Source: Naegleria gruberi (taxonomy: Eukaryota). Taken from it: DNA of 2,755 nt. The stretch lies in assembly GCA_000004985.1 (NCBI GenBank), contig GG739247.1; one strand, 5' to 3'. Position numbers and translations under genes: made by a program. A model generated the notes under the pieces. The model ran no database searches. It saw only the letters and a list, made by a program, of their open reading frames with translations, and had not been told where the DNA came from. Within the stretch, counting starts at the first letter, position 1, and each line of letters starts with the position of its first letter. Positions 1-2,755 of this stretch are shown here, one piece after another.

Positions 1-100
1 CATAATCTTCGGGAAATGAATTTGTGGTGGAGGCTATCAAAAGACAACTCTTTCCGACGGCGCCATCACCAACAACTACCAATTTCAAGCTATTGTCCAT
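1..100 (-). CDS. Rho/Rac-family small GTPase, N-terminal fragment (5' end of the gene; the CDS continues past the left edge of the window)
   Basis: The reverse complement of 1..100 reads ATG(100-98) GAC AAT AGC TTG AAA TTG GTA GTT GTT GGT GAT GGC GCC GTC GGA AAG AGT TGT CTT TTG ATA GCC TCC ACC ACA AAT TCA TTT CCC GAA GAT TAT g. This translates to [33 protein letters not shown]... It contains the P-loop/G1 box GDGAVGKS. It also shows the Rho-subfamily pattern [10 protein letters not shown][ST]CLLI..T.N.FP.(E/D)Y known from Rac/Cdc42 (established knowledge). The ATG has A at -3 and G at +4. Local GC (ggcgccgtcgg...) is visibly higher than in the flanking intergenic DNA. There is no in-frame stop before the window edge. 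At 33 codons it is below the ORF-track cut-off, which explains its absence from the track. Confidence 0.8.
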   Translation of the reverse strand, partial: MDNSLKLVVVGDGAVGKSCLLIASTTNSFPEDY

Positions 101-704
101 TATTATGTACACGTTGATGTGAGTTTGTTATTTTTTTTTGATTTTGTTTTCAAAGTACCATTGAACAAGGAACTCTTACAAAAATTTGATTAATGATTAC
201 TTTATTCAGATTTAAGATCATAATTAAAATTCAAAAACAACTTTATTAGTAGGATAGTTTGTAAACTTCAATTTCTTCAACTTTGAATTTCAACAATCTA
301 TAAAAAAAATAGTCAACATTCTTCTACTCTAGGAGGACATGATGATTTTCGGAGTGGTTTTACATCATGAAACTACCAAACTTTCACAGCATCATCTCAA
401 CATCATCTAAATAGTAGTAATAGTAATAATTGTTTTTGGTGGATTATCATCATCATTTTGGAATTTATTTTTCATGATGGAAAATCACACGTTGATGTTT
501 AATCATCCGATCATTCACCTACCATCATCAATGTTGTTTTACATTAAAATAATAATAGTATTTGTGGAAATTAATTTTTAGCAATATAATTTTGGAGTCC
601 TTCTGAGTTCCAAATTTCTTCCTTTGTGGTAACAATTAATCAAAACTCAAACAAAATACCTTTAACTCTTCATCATCATCATATTGCAAAATAATTCCAC
701 AATC
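101..704. promoter_or_regulatory. Divergent (bidirectional) intergenic/promoter region between the start codons of the minus-strand GTPase gene and the plus-strand F-box/DUF4116 gene
   Basis: About 600 bp have no ORF of meaningful length on either strand. The region is very AT-rich and has homopolymer runs (T9 at 132-140, A8 at 302-309). The two flanking CDSs point away from each other. The TATA-like element and the CAT/ATG motif cluster listed separately lie inside it. Confidence 0.55.
299..310 (+). promoter_or_regulatory. TATA-like element TATAAAAAAAAT
   Basis: The exact string tataaaaaaaat is at 299-310. It lies ~395 nt upstream of the plus-strand ATG (705) and ~200 nt upstream of the minus-strand ATG (100). 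In an AT-rich intergenic region such a match can arise by chance, and its distance to either ATG is long for compact protist promoters. Confidence 0.2.
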
Positions 705-711
705 ATGATGG
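338..711. repeat. Cluster of short CAT/ATG trinucleotide tracts (CATCAT / ATGATG motifs), running up to and including the start-codon doublet
   Basis: Seen directly in the sequence: catgatgat 338-346; catcat 363-368; CATCATCT twice at 390-397 and 401-408; (ATC)3AT at 446-456; catgatg 473-479; atcatc 502-507; catcatcaATG 523-533; (CAT)4 at 671-682; catgatg 704-710. That is roughly ten occurrences of one hexamer family in ~370 bp, far more than an AT-rich background would give. Confidence 0.6.
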
Positions 712-2264
712 ATCAATTAAATATTGATATTCTCGGGTATGTGTTTGAATTTCTTCCGAGAGGAACAGACAGGAAGAGAATTGCATTGGTCAACAAGACT
801 TTTCACCATTCTAGATATGTGTTGGAGAAACGTGAAATGACTCGGATGTGGCATGATGAGAATAATTGTCTACAATATCACCCTCTCATGGAAGATGTGG
901 TGAGTGAAGAAGAATTGGAGAAGAAACAAGAAGAATTACAAATTGCCATACCTTTCCATTTGAAATTGTTTGTAACTGTCTTGACGAATGGTAGACAGCC
1001 ATGGTCTAATACTGTTGTGCATGTTAGTAATTTGTTGGGACCTGTCGAATCTTGGTTTTTGGACACACATAATGGTTTGGACACACAGAATGGTTATGCA
1101 ATCTTGGGAGTTGATACCCAATTATCTAACATATTAACATTGAGCAGAGATGGGAGGATTAGAGTGAATGGAGACACGGTTGACTTTTTTGAGTTTGTAA
1201 CGATGGTAAATCGTCCATTTAATCCAGAATTTTACAATTTTGAAAAGTTTAAAGAAAGAGTGTACTTCCCCTTCTCAATGACCAAGGAATATTATAGTAC
1301 GTTGCCAGACAAGTACAAATTTGTGGACAAGTTGACCATGCATGCTATTGAATTGGATCCAAAATGTTATGCATATGTTCCTGATTATATCAAGATGATG
1401 AGACATATTGCCAAGAAGGTATTCATTAGAAATCCATCCTTGGGCACATTAATTCCAAAAGAACTTTTGGAAGATACAGATTTTGTTATGGATGTTTACA
1501 AATCATCACAATCAATTCTGTTTTATGCTTCTCCAATAGGAAAATGGTGGAGTGATAGGGTTTTTATGATTGAGGCATTGAAGAGTGATGTATGTTTAAT
1601 AAGAAACTGTTCTGAGGAAATACGGACTGATAGAGAAATTATTGACATGATTATTGACATAGATGCAGCAAGTTCTTTTCAATATATTGGAAAATTCAAG
1701 GAAGATGAAGATATTGTGAAAAAGGCACTATTTAAATCAAACTTCACGATTCTACATTATATCAATAGTGATTTTCTGCTTAATAATAGAGAACTAGTTC
1801 TCACAATATTGAAAAGTAACGGAAAGTATATTAACGAAATGCCAGAGGCAATCCAAAAGGATAGAGAATGCTTTTTCCTAGCTGCAAGAACGCCTTATTT
1901 TACATCCAAAGTTCAATCTCTTTACAAAATAATAGAGAGTGACAGAGAGGATTTCAAATCAATTCTGCAATTTAATCCGGACCTTTTGGAGAAGACCATT
2001 TTCAAAGACGACAGAGAGCTTCTTAAAGAGGCTCTTTCACACTGTGGATTTTGTCTCAGATTTGCAAGTGAAGAATTCAAGGCAGATAAGGAACTTGTTT
2101 TGACAGCCGTAACAAAAAATGGATCTGCCCTTATGTATGCCTCTCCAAAACTCAAAGATTGTGAAGAGATTGTCTTGGCAGCTGTAACGAATGATGGAAA
2201 AGCAATTCGATTTGCTTCAAAGAGATTCTCGAATCAGAAAACTCTAAATTGTAATATTTATTAA
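705..2264 (+). CDS. F-box-like / DUF4116-repeat protein (519 aa from the first ATG). It is a candidate SCF E3 ubiquitin-ligase substrate-recognition subunit.
   Basis: Track ORF 684..2264 is one uninterrupted 1.58-kb frame, and the three antisense ORFs inside it are low-complexity. The track start at 684 is TTG, and the frame is open from 666. The first ATG is at 705 (ATGATGG, with A at -3), so I take it as the start for a eukaryotic gene. The stop is TAA at 2262-2264. The N-terminus QLNIDILGYVFEFLPRGTDRKRIALVNKTF fits the F-box pattern L[PN].[DE]IL..[IV]F..L....D...[IL]..V.K.[WF]. The C-terminal half has ~12 tandem ~25-aa units of the form [DE]-[ILV]-V-L-x-A-[VL]-x-+-[ND]-G-x-[AS]-L-+-[YF]-A-S-x-x-L-K-x-D-+-E. 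One example is ADKELVLTAVTKNGSALMYASPKLKDCEEIVLAAVTNDGKAIRFASKRF. This matches my recollection of the Pfam DUF4116 repeat (not HMM-verified). Confidence 0.85.
   Translation: MMDQLNIDILGYVFEFLPRGTDRKRIALVNKTFHHSRYVLEKREMTRMWHDENNCLQYHPLMEDVVSEEELEKKQEELQIAIPFHLKLFVTVLTNGRQPWSNTVVHVSNLLGPVESWFLDTHNGLDTQNGYAILGVDTQLSNILTLSRDGRIRVNGDTVDFFEFVTMVNRPFNPEFYNFEKFKERVYFPFSMTKEYYSTLPDKYKFVDKLTMHAIELDPKCYAYVPDYIKMMRHIAKKVFIRNPSLGTLIPKELLEDTDFVMDVYKSSQSILFYASPIGKWWSDRVFMIEALKSDVCLIRNCSEEIRTDREIIDMIIDIDAASSFQYIGKFKEDEDIVKKALFKSNFTILHYINSDFLLNNRELVLTILKSNGKYINEMPEAIQKDRECFFLAARTPYFTSKVQSLYKIIESDREDFKSILQFNPDLLEKTIFKDDRELLKEALSHCGFCLRFASEEFKADKELVLTAVTKNGSALMYASPKLKDCEEIVLAAVTNDGKAIRFASKRFSNQKTLNCNIY
714..830 (+). 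other. F-box-like motif (protein residues ~11-49 in track numbering)
   Basis: The residues are LNIDILGYVFEFLPRGTDRKRIALVNKTFHHSRYVLEK. The hydrophobic spacing and the IL..VF..L / LVNK.F positions match the F-box consensus LP.EIL..IF..L....DL....VCK.W. P is replaced by N at the LP position, which makes this a degenerate F-box-like motif of the kind common in protists. Confidence 0.5.
1059..1094 (+). repeat. In-frame 18-bp tandem duplication inside the CDS
   Basis: ttggacacacaTaatggt at 1059-1076 is followed directly by ttggacacacaGaatggt at 1077-1094, 17/18 identical. The pair encodes LDTHNG-LDTQNG (residues 126-137). A degenerate partial third copy (gaatcttggttt) precedes it. Confidence 0.8.
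1305..2243 (+). repeat. Protein-level tandem array of ~12 degenerate ~25-27-residue repeats (DUF4116-like), residues ~208-520
   Basis: The anchor pair x-E-[ILV] recurs at residues 292, 318, 343, 370, 395, 422, 445, 470 and 495, i.e. a period of 23-27 aa. The units are PDKYKFVDKLTMHAIELDPKCYAYV / PDYIKMM...KELLE / DTDFVMDVYKSSQSILFYASPIGKWWS / DRVFMIEALKSDVCLIRNCSEEIRT / DREIIDMIIDIDAASSFQYIGKFKEDE / DIVKKALFKSNFTILHYINSDFLLNNRE / LVLTILKSNGKYINEMPEAIQKDRE / CFFLAARTPYFTSKVQSLYKIIESDRE / DFKSILQFNPDLLEKTIFKDDRE / LLKEALSHCGFCLRFASEEFKADKE / LVLTAVTKNGSALMYASPKLKDCEE / IVLAAVTNDGKAIRFASKRFSNQKT. The last two units share 22 of the first 30 nucleotides. Confidence 0.6.
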
Positions 2265-2362
2265 CGTCTCTGGTCTACAATGAGTATACACATTTTGGCG
2301 ATCGACTATTGGCGAAAATTGCCACTTGAATTTTACGAATAGTTTCATTCGCTTAATGAAAT

Positions 2363-2374
2363 TGGAGATCTCCA
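2363..2374. repeat. 12-bp perfect palindrome TGGAGATCTCCA in the 3' flank
   Basis: tggagatctcca at 2363-2374 equals its own reverse complement. It lies ~100 nt after the stop codon. A small A/T hairpin lies just upstream (tttcatt 2343-2349 / aatgaaa 2355-2361). Confidence 0.7.
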
Positions 2375-2410
2375 GATGAAAATTGCGATTGCTTTTTTGA
2401 AAAAGAAACA

Positions 2411-2416
2411 AATAAA
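2411..2416 (+). promoter_or_regulatory. AATAAA hexamer, candidate poly(A) signal for the plus-strand gene
   Basis: aataaa lies at 2411-2416, ~147 nt downstream of the TAA stop. A second aataaa lies at 2630-2635, just after the terminator-like hairpin. In AT-rich DNA the hexamer is common by chance, and not all protists use it. Confidence 0.3.
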
Positions 2417-2590
2417 CCAAAATTCCAACATTTGTGGGATATTTGTTATTAAAATTATAGACCGTGGGAGGTGAGAAGGATTGACAAATATTTTTTTTAA
2501 AAATTTAGAAGTAATTCCCTAATGATTGGCTGAGGTCTGTGTTTGTAAAAAATCAAGGTGTTGAGTTTTGAGCATCGGTTTTGAACAAAT

Positions 2591-2628
2591 CAGGTCCTCG
2601 ATTTTTCGATTATCAGGACCTGTTTTTT
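2591..2628 (+). terminator. Hairpin with an 8-bp GC-containing stem and a T6 run (intrinsic-terminator-like shape), followed by AATAAA
   Basis: caggtcct at 2591-2598 pairs perfectly with aggacctg at 2615-2622. After one mismatch, three further A-T pairs are possible (2587-2589 with 2624-2626). The 16-nt loop cgatttttcgattatc contains a tcgatt direct repeat. A tttttt run at 2623-2628 follows immediately, then aataaa at 2630-2635. Any role in 3'-end formation is inferred only. Confidence 0.3.
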
Positions 2629-2675
2629 CAATAAATTAGGTATCAAGTTTTCAAAAATTTACTTTATTAAAATTT

Positions 2676-2706
2676 TACAAGTCGAAAAATGCAAAGTCGA
2701 CTTGTA
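2676..2706. repeat. Perfect 10-bp inverted repeat (hairpin) with an 11-nt loop
   Basis: tacaagtcga at 2676-2685 is the reverse complement of tcgacttgta at 2697-2706, and the loop is aaaatgcaaag. A second, bulged hairpin follows: tggaag 2711-2716 / cttcca 2734-2739, with an inner gtaa 2721-2724 / ttac 2730-2733. Confidence 0.7.
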
Positions 2707-2742
2707 CGTATGGAAGAATGGTAATAATCTTACCTTCCAACT

Positions 2743-2755
2743 GGGTTTGGGTTTG
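2743..2755. repeat. GGGTTT GGGTTT G at the right edge of the window (possible start of a G/T-rich tandem tract)
   Basis: gggtttgggtttg is at 2743-2755. Only two full units are visible before the window ends. Confidence 0.4.

Noticed and set aside
1-111. Plus-strand open frame [38 protein letters not shown] reaching the left edge
   Set aside because: It is low-complexity and antisense to a textbook Rho GTPase P-loop region. The minus-strand reading is overwhelmingly better supported.
118-156. Intron-like segment GTGAGTTT...TTTTCAAAG (plus-strand donor and acceptor look-alikes, 39 nt)
   Set aside because: No open reading frame flanks it on the plus strand, since all three frames stop within a few codons after 157. 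It lies in the 5' flank of the minus-strand GTPase gene, and the plus-strand frame open over 1..111 is simply the antisense of the GTPase exon. The likely explanation is chance resemblance in T-rich sequence.
265-298. TTCAA/TTGAA alternations (acttcaatttcttcaactttgaatttcaac) resembling a heat-shock element
   Set aside because: The GAA/TTC units are not at the required contiguous 5-bp alternating spacing (nGAAnnTTCnnGAAn). The only true inverted repeat is a 5-bp ttcaa/ttgaa pair.
331-410. Shine-Dalgarno-like AGGAGG (331-336) 2 nt before ATGATG (339) opening a 23-codon ORF
   Set aside because: The ORF is only 23 codons (MMIFGVVLHHETTKLSQHHLNII) and lies in a eukaryote-like promoter. No other gene in the window uses an SD, and the purine run is probably coincidental. 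It is retained only as a possible uORF in the promoter finding.
684-704. Track start codon at 684 (TTG), giving a 526-aa product MQNNSTIMMD...
   Set aside because: 684-686 is TTG, not ATG. In the apparent eukaryotic context the first ATG (705, with A at -3, followed by a second ATG) is the credible start. The frame is merely open back to the TAA at 663-665. It would only matter if the locus were bacterial.
878-1084. Antisense 68-aa ORF from the track (MSKPLCVSKNQDSTGPNKLL...)
   Set aside because: It lies entirely inside the 519-aa plus-strand CDS and is antisense to it. Its Ser/Thr/Cys-rich low-complexity composition is typical of the reverse strand of an E/K/L-rich coding region, and it has no motif support.
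936-1121. Antisense 61-aa ORF from the track
   Set aside because: Same reason: it is embedded antisense to the long CDS, overlaps the other antisense ORF in a different frame, and has no recognisable features.
1922-2155. Antisense 77-aa ORF from the track (Ser/Leu-rich)
   Set aside because: It is antisense to the best-conserved DUF4116-like repeats. Ser/Leu richness is the expected mirror of the GAA/AAG/GAT-rich sense strand.
2481-2506. Bacterial sigma70-like TTGACA (2481-2486) followed by an A/T-rich stretch
   Set aside because: The spacer to the nearest TAAAAAT-like -10 is ~11 nt rather than 17+/-1, and no downstream ORF follows. It is an expected chance match in AT-rich DNA.
2265-2755. 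Possible tRNA, rRNA, CRISPR or mobile-element content in the 3' flank
   Set aside because: I see no cloverleaf-compatible segment with T-loop (GTTCRANYC) or D-loop signatures. There are no regularly spaced direct repeats with spacers, no terminal inverted repeats flanking an ORF, and no target-site duplications. The inverted repeats present are short and isolated.

Overview
This window is AT-rich and looks like an intron-free eukaryotic locus, probably from a unicellular eukaryote or protist. I cannot resolve the taxon without a database search. It holds two divergently transcribed genes. (1) On the minus strand, nt 100->1 encode the first 33 codons of a Rho/Rac-family small GTPase ([33 protein letters not shown]...), which runs off the left edge of the window. 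It is too short for the supplied ORF track and is missing from it. (2) On the plus strand there is one uninterrupted CDS. The first ATG is at 705 and the TAA stop at 2262-2264. The track's 684 start is a TTG. The CDS encodes a 519-aa protein with three parts: an N-terminal F-box-like motif, a ~155-aa region I cannot assign, and a C-terminal array of about twelve degenerate ~25-residue repeats. The repeats match my memory of the Pfam DUF4116 repeat, which is unverified here. Between the two start codons lies a ~600-bp AT-rich divergent promoter region. It carries a TATA-like element and a dense cluster of CAT/ATG triplet motifs, including several upstream ATGs. About 490 bp of non-coding DNA follows the stop. 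It contains two AATAAA motifs, several small hairpins (one terminator-like, followed by T6), a 12-bp perfect palindrome, and GGGTTTGGGTTTG at the right edge. I see no rRNA, tRNA, CRISPR array or recognisable mobile element. I judge the three antisense ORFs in the track to be spurious. The most interesting element is the F-box + DUF4116-repeat architecture, which suggests an SCF ubiquitin-ligase substrate receptor built on an uncharacterised repeat.
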